Assembly: GCA_013239625.1 (NCBI GenBank)
Contig: MU053652.1
Span: 4,517,902-4,581,901 of the forward strand
Origin: Lama guanicoe
Taxonomy: Eukaryota
Reading direction: 5' to 3'
DNA length: 64,000 bases
The notes below the pieces were generated by a model that had not been told where the DNA came from, ran no database searches, and saw only the letters and a list, made by a program, of their open reading frames with translations. Below, piece by piece: positions 52,455 to 64,000 of the stretch. Numbering within the stretch: the first letter of the stretch is position 1; the number at the start of each line of letters is the position of its first letter. Both the position numbers and the translations under genes were made by a program.

Positions 52455-53185
52455 TTGGGCCCAGGTTTTATGGGATTTAAAGCTTATACAATTCTGGAGA
52501 CTCTTAAAAATAAAAAGGCTGGGAAGGGGGAGGGAGTAGAGTGTGCAGTAGAGTGTGTAGTATAGTGGTAGAGTGTGTGCTTAGCATGCATGAGGTCCTG
52601 GGTTCAATCCTTAGTACCTCCACTAAAATAAACCCAATAATATAAATAAATAAATAAACCTAATTATCTCCTACCCTCCTCCAAAAAAAATGGTAAAGGG
52701 ATTTACCGTATCAGACTAGAGCCCACTGTTAAATCTATGTCCTGCTAAACCTGGGTATTTGCTGTCATAACTGTTTATGATACTTTCAGGGATCACAACA
52801 ACAACGAAAAAACCAAAAACCAAACAAAAACAAAAAGATTGGAGGGAGGAGTGAGTTGGGAGTTACTGTTTAATGGCTACAAAGTTCCAGTTTGGAAAGA
52901 GGACCAAGTCTTGGAGATGAGTGGTGGTGATGTTTGCGTAACAATGTGAATGTATGTAATGCCACTGATTTGTAAACATAAAAATGTTAAAATAGTAAAT
53001 TTTACAGTATGTATCTTTTACCACCATAAAAACATGCCGGAGCATAAAAAATAAAATTAAAAATTCCACAGAAGTACAATACAAAATTGCTAGAGGTCCT
53101 CCCATGGCCTTGGAGGAAGGAAGGGCACATGTGATTAAGGGACCCTGAAGCTTAAGCTTTATTATCTTCACGGTAAATCTTTCCC
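52455..53185. mobile_element. hAT-Tip100-like MITE (MER91-type) split by a SINE and an L1 3' fragment (~52845-53030)
   Basis: Left part CCAGGTTTTATGGGATTTAAAGCTTATACAATT; right part GGGACCCTGAAGCTTAAGCTTTATTATCTTCACGGTAAATC; family assigned from memory. Confidence 0.4.
52526..52690 (+). mobile_element. vic-1-like SINE with a repeated GTAGAGTGTG head segment
   Basis: GTAGAGTGTG occurs three times before CTTAGCATGCATGAGGTCCTGGGTTCAATCC; A-rich tail. Confidence 0.85.
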
Positions 53186-53799
53186 ATTTAAATATGTGTC
53201 ACTATTTTTTTTTAAAAAAAACCTGTATTACATATGCAGTACATGTGCTTTGTAGAATATTAGGAATTACAGACAGGTTTAAAAACAGATAGCATATTCC
53301 TGCCTCCCAGAAAACATCACTGTAACAGGTACATGTGTGTGTACTAAAATGAGCTCGTACTCTAAAAGTTGTTTTACAGCCTTTTTATACTCTGTTTTAT
53401 TTAGTCAACACTCTCTGCCTTTGTGGTTTGGTACTTTCATTTCATCTCATTTAATTTCCAGACCATATTAAAATTTCTCCAAATAACAACAATTATTCTT
53501 ATAGCTGGTTTATCCAAATCAGCATCCAATCCAGGACCTCAGTGCCCTTTAAGTGTATTTTAATCTCATGCAGTCCCTTTTTTACAAGACTCACTAGTGG
53601 ATGCAACTGAGTCAGTTATCCTACTGAATGTCCCACTTTCTGGATTTGTCTAGTTGTTGCCTTGTGTTTAGTTTGCTTCTCTGGCTACTATATTTTCTAC
53701 AAAATAGAAGTCATATCTCAAGGGCAGATGGATTCACAAAGGAGTCACTATTTCTTAGGAAAGAGCTACCGTGGGATCTATGTAAGATACTACTCTCTG

Positions 53800-54740
53800 C
53801 TCCCAAAGAATGTCAGGAGAAAAATACATATAAAGAGTAAATATCAGAAGAAAAATGATTCCAGAAAATAGAAAACATTCTTTGAAAGAAACTTTTCTGC
53901 ACTCTCAAGAAAATTGAATACAGTAGGTCACCTTATGAAACAAAAAATCAGAGGTACCAAAATTAGATGAAGACTTGAAAAGGTAAGGAAAGACATAGAA
54001 GAACAACCCAATAAATAACTGGAAGTTATATTAGAAGCCACAAGAAGTGGAGTTGACATGACAGAAAACTGAGTCAGTGCCACAGATCATAGATTTGAGA
54101 ATATCACACAGAACGCAAGAAAAGAAGGGCAAAGAGATGAAATGATTGGAAAGAAAATGATAGCTACGTAAGACATTTATGTTGATCCAACATACAGCTA
54201 GAGTCCCTGACGAGGAGAGAACAAATGGAAATGAAAACACAGTCAAAAACATAAAAGAAAAAGCCATTTCTGAAACAAAAGACTCCATTTGGCAAATGAA
54301 CAGGATTTTCTCTATTCCAGGCAAATTGAGTAAAGAAACCATTGGATCAGAAAGCTCTTGTGAAATTCCTAAATCTTCAGGATAACAAAAGCATTCACTA
54401 AAACAAGGAGAAGAAGCAGACAGTCTACCAAGAGGAATCAAATAAGACTGACCTCAGACTTCTTTTCAGCCATTTTAGATGGCATAAGATGATGGAACAA
54501 TGTAGAAAGAATGTTGAGGAGGATAAGATGTGACCCAATAATTTCATAAATGGCTAGAAATTAATTTAAGTGTAAAGGTAGCAAAAATAACCCTAAAACT
54601 CTAAGCACTCTAGAATAAAAAAAGCTACAAGCTGGTTCTTTGAAAAAGAAAAATTAGAGGAACCACTGGCTAACAGTTTAATTTTTAAAAAGGAGGACAT
54701 AAAGCAAAAATTTGAAATAAGAAAACAAATGAGTACAAGT
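53800..54740 (+). mobile_element. Ancient L1/HAL1 ORF1-like relic
   Basis: A-rich coiled-coil-like decayed frames; GATCCAACATAC...GAGTCCCTGA...; GGAATCAAATAAGACTGACCTCAGACTTCT. Confidence 0.5.
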
Positions 54741-54789
54741 AACAAGGAGGTGTAGATTCCTTCCTGGGTAAAGGTGGTGACACGAAGCT

Positions 54790-55200
54790 GTACTATTTAG
54801 AGTATAATCCAAGTAGCTAAAAGATCCCCAAATCCAGTGACTTAAACAAAACAGAATTTTGATTCTCTCTTACATAGTAGTCCAAAGGGAAGCAGTCCAT
54901 AGCTGGTAGAGTAGCTCTTCCATTCTCAACATGTGACTTCCACCTCCGGGTTCTAAGATGGCTGCTCCAGCTCCTGCCATCGTAAGTTTGCACCCTTACC
55001 AGTGAGAAGGGGAAAAGGGAAGGGGAGTGTACACTCATTCCTTTTAAGGGCACGACCTGGAAATGGCATAATCACTTTTGCTCACATCTTATCGGTTGGA
55101 ATTCAGTCACATGGCCACACCCTGGTACAAGGGAAGCTGGGTGGCCATGAGCCCACCTAAGACTGGACAGTCTTATTCTTTATTATTTAAGGATGAAAGA
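54790..55200. mobile_element. MaLR LTR relic (MLT1-type)
   Basis: CAGTGACTTAAACAAA...AAGATGGCTGCTCCAGCTCCTGCCATC...CAGTCACATGGCCACACC...AAGGGAAGCTGGG. Confidence 0.55.
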
Positions 55201-56543
55201 TAACTGTGGATTATCAGAAGCCCCTAAAAAGAAGCCATATCACAGAATAACTCCCTCTGACCTCTGCAGTAAATACATAATATGTATATTTTAGTAGCAA
55301 AATTTTAACTAGTGACAATCTAACCAGGAAAGAGGTTAAGCGGTGTCCAAAGGATAGGGAAAACAGAACATTTGGGTATGACCTGATAATAAAGAAAGCA
55401 AGTTAATGTGATTGTGTGTGTTCTCACAAATTACTCACCACCCCCAATAAGAGAGGGGCAGCCTGAGGGAGTGAGTAATCAGCTCAGGGAAAACAACAGT
55501 AAGAAAAATGCTCAAGAGTGGAAGCCCTTGTTGATCACAGCACCGTCTCTGCAGAGGTAGAAAAGCTCAGCTGGGCTCACCATTTTTCAGCTCTCCAGGC
55601 TGAACTGACAAAGGTTATTCCATGAGAACAGGATACATCTCTAACTAGAGAAAAGGACTTTTAAAAAGCCTTCTGAAGAGAGAACACAGCCCAGATTCCC
55701 ACCTGGACAGACAGTGCAGAAGAGATTGGAGGTGAGAAGTGAGTTGGAGTGAGAGCAGAAGAGGCAGGAGGTAGCTGAGGGGCTGGGAAGGGGCGGGAGA
55801 GAGACTGAGGAGGGGGCGATGGCACTCCCGGGATTATACCAGGGGACAAGTGATGCTTTCAGGGACTCGCTTCCCTGAGAGCTAAGGAGAAATTGTGGGG
55901 CTGGCAGAGCAAAGGAGCCTCTGGTAGCAGCCCCGGTATGAGGTGGGAGTAGAAGGAAGTGGAGATAGCAAAGTGGGCTAAAAGTTGCTGTCTGTCCAAG
56001 TATCATCAAAGTCAACCATGCAATACCTAGGAGGAAGTCAGTACTCCCTCCCATACAGTGGCTCTCAGCCTTGTCAGACCCAAGTCCCCTTCTCATGGCA
56101 AATATTTTGTAATACCTCTTCTGCTATTCTGAAATACAATTCAGTGATTAAACCATATATAAATGTCAATATATACACATATAGTTTTTAAAAGTCGAAA
56201 TGCTAGCCCAATATAACATAAAAGCAAAAAAACCTAGAGTAAAAAAATATATTTCAATATGTAAATGCTTGAGTATGACTCTATTTGAAGTCATAATGAA
56301 GTCTAATCAGAAGCTTGTACTCAGAATGCAGTAGTTACAAAAAAAAGACACTTACGGGTGTATTGTATTGGCTATTCAAAGACAGTAAAACTGCACCATC
56401 TATAGATTGGTAAATGAGGTCCCAAATAGTCAATAGAGGTGGAGTGTCGTTATTCTGAAGTTAATAAAATGCCTGGGGTTAGCCTGCTCAGCCAAGGCGC
56501 TGAGGGATGCAAATCCAACCACCGGGGTGCCAGCTGCAGTGTG

Positions 56544-56557
56544 GCGCCACCTGCTGG
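56544..56557 (-). promoter_or_regulatory. CTCF core motif
   Basis: Minus strand CCAGCAGGTGGCGC matches the CCASYAGRKGGCRS consensus exactly, in a locally CpG-retaining patch. Confidence 0.7.
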
Positions 56558-57479
56558 TGGTGGTTCGCTCTGCTTACATAGGCAAGAATCCGGGTCTTGG
56601 GGTTGGACCGAGCCCCTCGTTTAGCAACTAGATTGGGCTTAGTCTGCAACCTAAGGTCCCAGTGATGACAGAAGTGGGCACAGTGGGGACTGACGCTTGT
56701 AAGAGGAGCCCCAGAGGTCATTGGCCTTATTGCCCTCTGGACTTTGAGAATCACAAGCTGTCCAAAGCTCATGCCAAGCTGCTCTGGGCTTTACTTTTCT
56801 CATCTGTGAAGTATAGTCAAAATAACAGCGATCTCATACAATTATGAGAATTACATTAGATTGTAGATGTGGAGACACTTTAAAAAATACAAAGTATTTA
56901 CAAATGGACTATCCCGAGTACACGTGAGTGACAATCCCATACCACCAGTTGCCACATTCTTTTTTCATCTAGATTTGGCCTTTGAATAGCAGGGACGGGA
57001 GGGCTGGGTGTGACAGAAATTCCTTTCCTTCTTTGTGCAAGCCAGCGTGCTTGACTGGAGACTTTAGCGGGGATAAGACCACTTTAGAATAAACTATGAT
57101 TATTTCTTTGTATGTCATGGACACATGGTGTGTTTCCGGTTACTGTTGGAACTACTAACATTCAGAAACAGTGTTTTGTTTGGGGACATAATAAAAAAGA
57201 GTATGTCCCCAATGGGGAAATTAATTGATTTACCCTAAGTCAGGCAGGAATCAGAGACAGAGCAAAAACCTGAACCGTCCCCTCTGGATATATTTCTAGC
57301 TTGTTGTATTTCCAGTTGTTTCCTTCAAGTTATAATTCCTGTAAGTGGCCTTAGCCTTAATAATTCTAAATTTTCATTTAAAATGTTTGTTTTATGAAGC
57401 TTTGCCATTCTCAGTGGTTGTTTTACTCTTTTGAAACCAGAGTATTGGATTTCTCAAGATTGACCCCTTTTTTCTTTTT

Positions 57480-57705
57480 TAAGAAAAATAAGGAAGGCTT
57501 TATTTGAGGCAGGAGGACTAACACAACATGTATAGGGACCACTGTGATGGAATTTTACAGTTGGGAAAAGTGATTGGGCTCAACTCTGAATGCAGCATGG
57601 GTATGTGGGGGGTTTATAGCCCAGGGGCAGGGGCAGGAGCAGTGGATGGAAAATTACTAAGAGGAAACATCAGAGCGAAGGGGGATTCTGGCTAAACTGG
57701 CCTAT
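57480..57705 (-). mobile_element. ERV LTR fragment
   Basis: Minus-strand TATAAA (~57613) and AATAAA (~57499) in LTR order; GATTGGGCTCAACTCTGAA...GGATGGAAAATTACTAAGAGGAAACATCAG resembles ERV1-type LTRs. Confidence 0.5.
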
Positions 57706-59339
57706 TGTTTTGTTTTCTGAAACAAAGGCCTATGGTTTGGAGAGTTCATTAGTAGATCCTCAGTGCCCCCAGGATGCAGGTCAGGACCGCTCATTTCTAC
57801 AGATTCACTGTCCTCAAGCCTCTGTCTCCCTCGACCTGCTGTCTCTTCAGCACCACTAGAGTCTTAATTGACTCACTGTTTATTATTTTTCGTAAGCCTT
57901 ACAGGAGCATTTGTGGTGCTTTCATCTCACTTCCGTCACACGTGCTTCTCAGTATCATGGACATTTCCTCTTTTGTCTGAATTCCATTTCAGAAACTTTA
58001 AGGGGTATTCTTACTCTGTTTGGCGAATTGTTTTCACAAATGTCATGTCCTGGTGGGCTCTAAATAACTCTGGATAACAATATTTTGTTTCTTTTCTTTT
58101 TTAAATGATGTGTTTATGGGCCATTAAAAGCTTTACCAGTCCCGTACTTGTCCCTTATGTGTTAAGACCGTTTCTCTGGGAAGTCAATTTCACTGATACA
58201 GCCGTTCAGCAAAGACTGCAGTTTCTTCCCTTGTTTGGGTGGTGACAACGTGGGGCAGCCAGAGTAGGTTATGGCAGAAATGGATTTATTTAACAACCTT
58301 GAACTGACTTTCTAATGGGAACGAGGCACTGGAGGATACACAAATGAATAAGATGCCTGTGGTTGCCATGTTTACGCAGCATCCACTTTTCTGCGAACAG
58401 CATCACATCAATCAGACTTCATGGTTGAAAGCACAGGAAGTGACAGGCCAACTCAAGCCAAAAGGAGTTTGTTGGAAAACTCTTGGGAGGTCTTGACAAC
58501 AGCTGACAGTTAAGGGAACCAGACTTGGGAGATTTTTGGTTCTGGGCAAGAACCAAAAGAGGAGCAATAGCCAGATGGATGCCCAGCCACTGTCACACAG
58601 CCAGCACTGCCTAGTCAGGATGCTGCCCTCACTGCCACACCTTCATTTTGTGGGGATGAGTGACATCCCTGCTCAAGACAGAAAATTCAGGAGGGAGCAT
58701 CCAGTACACTAAGACCATGATGGACCTGCAGGGTAAGGGGAGGGAAGGGTTACTGGAACTGGGAAAGAGAGAGTTGACTAGAAGAGGCCATCACCAGAGG
58801 AGCAGTTTCCTTCCATTAGGGACACACAGCCAGCCTTATGCTACTACAAGGGAGGGAATAACTGTCTTGACTCCATTCTCCTCTCTCTCTCTGATCTCCT
58901 ACCTGGACTTCCCACTGGCCAAACCCACTTGGAGACCAGGGGCAATGGGCCCTTTGATGTAGCCTATAGATCAGCTTGGAGAACAGGCAGGAACCAAAGG
59001 CATCTGGGGCACAGAGAGGGTGGGGAAGGGAGAGAGCAGGTTTGGAGGGAAAAGGAAGGGAACTGGCACAGGTATGCACAAGGTTCAAGCACAAGGACAG
59101 AGAACATGGTGGAGACTTATTCAAGCCAGTGACAGTGTCCCAAATAGAGTGTTGATTAAATCCAAGTCCTACATCCTTGGTGCCACCCTTGGTCTGCCCG
59201 TTCCAGGCCTGTTTCTCCAATTATCTCTTTAATTCTGTGAGCCATCCCCAAATGGCACAGGAGGACACAAAACCCAAGCTCTTTCTGCCAAATATAGGGT
59301 AGTTCCTATTGCTTGCAACTGAAAGACTCTAATCTAGAA

Positions 59340-61150
59340 ATTGGTACCAGAGAGTAGATTGCAGATTATAGGTCCTCAAGGAGTTTATTATCCTAACAAG
59401 ATGGAATAGAATGCAGCAAGACCCCATCGGTGTTCTGGGAGGGGACCTTAACTGTCAAGGGCCCATAGCTAATTAAATTAACAGTTGTTGATAACGAGGA
59501 CCATTTGATAGCTGAGGATATCTGGGGAACAAGGTGGCTGCTGCCTTAGGACAAAGAGTATGAAGAATTCCAAGACACTGTGGTATAATGAATGCTTCTG
59601 ATGACACCGAATGACTTAAAGAAGGAGAACAAAAAGTTAAAAGAAGAACTCAGAATCTGGTTCTTTGGGTTGTTGAATTTTGAAGGCAGTCAAAGCTACA
59701 CTTCAGTCCGGTCTTCTATGTGAAAGAGAGGCACAATGATGTAAATCAACTACACTTTAATAAAATTCTTTTTAAAAAGAGAGAGGCACAGTGAAATAGT
59801 GTGAAACTCTGACAACTGGGACAAGGGTAGCTGAGAAGACAGGGAAGACCCAAACCCCCAAATCCTTCTGGAAATTCCCCACTGCCCATCCCTTGTGAGA
59901 GGAAGCCTTTTGCTTCTCACAAGAGGATGCTAACAGTTCCCCACAATGTTAGGAGGCTGGTAACCAGAATTCAGTTCCGTGATAGCCAGGTGGGTGTGGG
60001 TAGTTAAGCACAGAAATCAATGTAGGGAAGAGAAAGTATTTACCCAGGAAAACATGTGGTAGGAATTCGACAATTTGTATCTCTAGACTCTGGGACCATT
60101 TATTAGAATAAATTCTAAGGCATTCCGCCAAGGAGGGAGAACATAATTTTAGATAGGACGGATTTTATTGATATGGGTGCTCTTACCAGAGATTATGTAA
60201 TGATTGTGCTATTTCTCACAGCTCCTTATGTTTCTCATAGTTCGCTGTGTGGGCTAAAGTGAATTTGGATTCAACCTGGTTCACATTATAGAACAATGAG
60301 AGGCCAGAAATTCCTTGATGTGATGTAGAAAAAGGAATTCTAAGCCTTTGGGGGACAAGAATGCTGACTCATCGATCATGAACCTTCTGCCACCCTCACC
60401 CAACTCTGACCTTTGAGAAGATCCTGCATACTTGTACACCTCCAAGTTTTTGAGAAAGCACTGGAATGGTTAATAGGCTCTCTGTAAGCCAGTAAATGGG
60501 CTCCTGTGGAGATCTCAGTGGAGAAAACAGGATTCTGGGGAGCATTCAAGGACTAGAAGCAGAGTCAGGCTTGGTAATCAGAGCTGAGAATGGTTTGCCC
60601 TTTTAAGATCTGTGTCTGTAGTTAATTAATTAAGGGTGCTTTGGGGACATTTTTCACGCCTTCTGGTTGTGGATACTTCTGTTTGGGGATTCACACATTG
60701 TGAGTTTCACTTCCTCCAGGAGGAAGCCAGATCGTACTCTCCCAGCCTCCTTTTCAGCTCAGATACATCCTATAATCTGGGTTTTGTCAATTAGACTCAC
60801 CGGCTTGGGAGTGAGTAAAGTAAGGAAAGCAGCACTGCATGGAGTCTTGTCTTCTGGGTCAGGTGGCAGTGGAAGAGTCTGAGTTTAGAAGACAATGATG
60901 GCAGGCTGCTGGCCTGGGGGTCCCTTGTGGGAGCTGTAGTGAATGTACAGGAGTGGGGAGTGGGATCTTTGCTGGAGCCGCCCAGTTGTGGCTGGGCTGT
61001 CATTCCTTGCACTGGCTATGTGAGCCTTCAAGCCATTTCTCTCTCATGTTTCTGGAGAGTGTATCAGCTACTGGATATCCTGTAAAATGTTCATTTTATG
61101 CTTGAACTAGTAAGAGTTGGTTGTTGACAACTAAAAAATCAGGACTGATT
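59340..61150 (+). mobile_element. ERVL/MaLR internal relic (gag-like) with a downstream LTR-like segment
   Basis: TTGGTACC start typical of MaLR internal sequence; around 60140-60195 reads NIILDRTDFIDMGALTRD, like ERVL gag; heavily decayed. Confidence 0.55.
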
Positions 61151-61216
61151 TAAGGTGTCTAGGAATAAAATCAATAGGCAATGACTAAGGTCTGTGTGTC
61201 ATCAAAAGAATGATGA

Positions 61217-61352
61217 GGGAGAGGGTATAGCTCAAGTGGTATAGAGTACATGCTTAGCATGCATGAGGTCCTGGGTTCAATCCCCAGTACCTCTAAAAAT
61301 AAATAAGTAAACCTGATTACCTCCCCCCCACCAAAAAAATCATTTAAAAAAG
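61217..61352 (+). mobile_element. vic-1-like SINE
   Basis: GAGGGTATAGCTCAAGTGG...CTTAGCATGCATGAGGTCCTGGGTTCAATCCCCAGTACCTC plus tail AATAAGTAAACCTGATTACCTCCCC and A run. Confidence 0.88.
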
Positions 61353-61966
61353 GCAAAAAGTGTTGCTTCTACAAGATGGGGGCAGGGAGGAGTAGGAATG
61401 GAACCCAGATGACTTCTGAGATGCCTCTTTACAGTGCCTGCTCAGTTAACAGAAGAGCACATGATCCTACACATGCAAGACCAGCAATGGCTCAGGTTTT
61501 TCAGGAATGAAGTTTTGTGAAGTTTTTCCTTACCAGAAGAAGAACCCCATTCAGCTGAGGTGCTGGTCAAAGCAAGAAGTACGTGAAATGGGCAGTAAAG
61601 AAGGAGGGGCACGAATACTAGCTACTGCCTTATCACCAAGAGGCAGAAACAAGAACTTCCACCTATGTTTCTTTCTTTGCAGCAATATACATATTAGGTG
61701 AGTCATTCCTTCTCTCGTTAGTGTACATAGGGTATGTCTGTGGCATTTCAATTTACCATTTGGTATAGAAGTTTTGGGATATAAAGGCAAGATAGAAACA
61801 AACCAAGGGAAGAATGGACATTGCCCAGTGAACCCAGATGTGGAAATGAAAGCAGTAATTGAGGAGGCTTTGTGTTTTCCCTATAAAGAGATCTCCTCAC
61901 CCTAGACATAGGCATTAAGTTAGTTGGAGATTATTTTTAATAGTGAAAAAAATATGCAGAATAAGA

Positions 61967-62035
61967 GTACTTGGGTATTGAACCCAGGACCTCACACATG
62001 CTAAGCATATGGTCTACCACTGAGCTATTTCCCTC
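61967..62035 (-). mobile_element. vic-1-like SINE
   Basis: Reverse complement of the tRNA-Ala-like body (TTGAACCCAGGACCTC...GCTAAGC...CTACCACTGAGCTAT). Confidence 0.8.
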
Positions 62036-62078
62036 AGCTGGGTACAGGACAGGCATAACAGTGGTACACTGGTATGTC

Positions 62079-62448
62079 AAAAGAAAGAGAGAAAAACAGA
62101 AAGAGAGAAAGAGAAAGAAAGAAAGAGGGAGAAAGGAAGAAAGAAAGGAAGGAAGGAAGAAAGAGAAAAAGAAGGAAGGAAGAAAGAAGGAAGGAAAGGA
62201 AGAAAAGAAAGAGAAAGAAAGGAAGAAAAGAAAGAGAAAGAAAGAAAAGAAAGAAAGAAAGAAAAAAGAAAGAAAGAAAGAAAGGAAAGAAGGAAAGAAA
62301 GGAAGGAAGGAAGAGAAAAAGAAGGAAGGAAGAAGGAAGGAAGGAAAGGAAGAAAAGAAAGAGAAAGAAAGGAAGAAAAGAAAGAGAAAGAAAGAAAGGA
62401 AAGAAAGAAAGAAAAAGAAAGAAAGAAAGAAAAGAAAAAGAAAGAAAA

Positions 62449-62479
<31 letters not shown>

Positions 62480-62528
62480 GAGGTAGGAAGGAAAGAAGGA
62501 AAGAAAGAAAGAAAGGAGGAAGGAAAGA
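62079..62528 (+). repeat. ~450-bp polypurine (GAAA/GGAA) microsatellite with a 150-bp higher-order duplication
   Basis: Pure A/G from 62098 to 62483; the block starting at 62161 recurs almost exactly at 62311. Confidence 0.95.
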
Positions 62529-62534
62529 CAAAGA

Positions 62535-62770
62535 GTACAGACTTTGGAGTTAGACAGACTGGGTTCAGGTCCTGGCTCTGTTACTTTCTCCCTATATGAC
62601 CTTAAGCAAGTTCTTGAGCCTGTCTTATGGCTTAGGTTCATCATCTGTAAAATGTGATAATAAGAGTATCTATGTCCCAGCGAGTCATGTGGATTAATGA
62701 TCTTTGTAAAGTCTTACCATAGTGTTTGGCATATAGTAAGTTTCTAATGAAATTAACTATTATTATTATA
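62535..62770 (+). mobile_element. MIR
   Basis: CAGACTTTGGAGTTAGACAGACTGGGTTCAGGTCCTGGCTCTG...TGACCTTAAGCAAGTT...CATCTGTAAAATG...TGGCATATAGTAAG. Confidence 0.75.
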
Positions 62771-62959
62771 ATGATGACAGAATCTGGGAGACCAGTTGAA
62801 GCTATCACAATAATCTAGGTGAAAGCTGATGGAGGCTTAAACCAAGGCAATACAAGTGAGGATGGTTACTAAATGTTTGTAAGCACACTGCATTAGAGAT
62901 TTACCATTTATACAGGGACATTTTTGAGAGTGGAATGCGTACACATTAATAATGATACT

Positions 62960-63045
62960 GGGGTGTGGGAGGTATAGCTCGGTGGTAGAGCGCGTGCTCA
63001 GCATGCACAAGGTCCTGGGTTCAATCCCCAGCCCCTGCATTAAAA
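62960..63045 (+). mobile_element. Young vic-1-like SINE (tRNA-Ala(AGC)-like, CpGs retained)
   Basis: GGTATAGCTCGGTGGTAGAGCGCGTGCTCAGCATGCACAAGGTCCTGGGTTCAATCCCCAG; 12-bp TSD AATAATGATACT at 62948-62959 and 63046-63057. Confidence 0.9.
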
Positions 63046-64000
63046 AATAATGATACTAGTACAACAGGCACAGACTGGGAAGTGTGGTCACCCTTCATGC
63101 TAGTCTGTTCTGAGTTCCGCTTCTAGATGTCCCTGACCAGCGCCAACAATGCTCAGCTTCTTTTGATTGTAACATACTGAAAGGAAATTTGTTTTGTTTT
63201 TATTTTTATTGGAGCCAGGAAGAAACCAACAAACTTAGGCATCCTCAGTTCAGATATCTTTTCCGGTCCAACCTAACTGAGCGTGCACAAGGGAAGAGCG
63301 ATCATATTCTTTCTCCGTCACTATTTTACGTACAGTGCAAACTGTACAGAAGCAGGTCCTCCAGCCTTGCTTTGCGGACTGGGTGGCTCAAACAACTCAC
63401 CAACCTAAATGGCTTTCTTGTGTCTCCAAAACAGGGCTCAGTATCTTTGCCATGTGCTCCCTAAAGGCAGGTAACAAGTCTACCTGTCTTGTTCTCGCTA
63501 ATATACCCAGCATTTAGTGCAGTGTCTGGCATCTAGCAGGAGTTTGATAATTGCTTACTGAATGCTGTGGTAGTCACTATTCCCCACTTATCCAGAGGTT
63601 AGCCAAAGCTCCTGCCCTCTCCCTTCTCTACACAGACATCATGCCTTCCTGTAGGCTTTCAACAGGTCCTAGGTAGGAAGAATCAAAAATCAGTTAGGAC
63701 TTCCAGTGATGGGTGGCTACCATCTTTTGTACCAGAAGCCCTGTCTTCTTTAGCAACCAAAGTCTGCATGGCCAGAATGAGCCTTCACAGCTTTGCATTA
63801 ACACAGGAAATGGGGCCGGGAAGACTCAATTTCTTGCTTGAGGTAAGTGGGGCAACACAAAGGCATCTCCCAGTTGGTCACCATCGTTCTCAGAATTTCT
63901 TTCACTTTGGGCTTGTAGCAGCCCTGACTGTTTCCTCCTCTCTTTGAAAGAGAAAGTTGGCTTTTTCCCCACGCTGTTTCCTCTAGACTGGCTTTCTTGG

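Noticed and set aside
61937..62644. Long Lys/Glu/Arg-rich and Phe/Leu/Ser-rich ORFs
   Set aside because: Translations of the polypurine microsatellite.
62960..63040. Apparent tRNA-Ala gene (and similar copies elsewhere)
   Set aside because: TSDs, A tails and disrupted acceptor stems show these are SINE retrocopies, not tRNA genes.
63807..63842. 36-nt plus-strand exon-like unit (ACAG|...GAG|GTAAGT)
   Set aside because: Weak pyrimidine tract and no partner exons; cannot be told from chance.
63826..64000. Minus-strand open frame at the window end as a possible FAM71F2/GARIN1A last exon
   Set aside because: The 57-codon peptide does not resemble the FAM71F2 C-terminus I recall; the neighbour gene is probably outside the window.

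Overview
Mammalian genomic DNA, most likely camelid (alpaca/camel), inferred from many tRNA-Ala-derived vic-1-like SINEs. It is the conserved OPN1SW-CALU-FAM71F1 (GARIN1B) locus. On + are the 3' part of exon 2 and exons 3-5 of an intact short-wave cone opsin (OPN1SW, stop 2333-2335). On - is the complete calumenin gene CALU: CpG-island promoter near 30.4-30.7 kb, 315-aa CDS ending HDEF, two mutually exclusive 194-nt exon-3 versions, and a ~2.4-kb 3'UTR pointing at OPN1SW. Also on - is the complete testis gene FAM71F1/GARIN1B (7 coding exons, 342-348 aa). The rest is intronic/intergenic DNA with SINE, L1, L2, MIR, MER and MaLR/ERVL relics. I found no convincing novel multi-gene system. The best leads are small cis-architectures: competing hairpins at the CALU exon-3a donor in a 72-nt intron, face-to-face poly(A) signals between OPN1SW and CALU, a TTG where the human long CALU isoform has its ATG, three in-frame acceptors in FAM71F1 exon 5, a triple-nested L1, and a candidate SINE 3' transduction. 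All comparisons with human/bovine sequences and all repeat-family names are from memory and need alignment.
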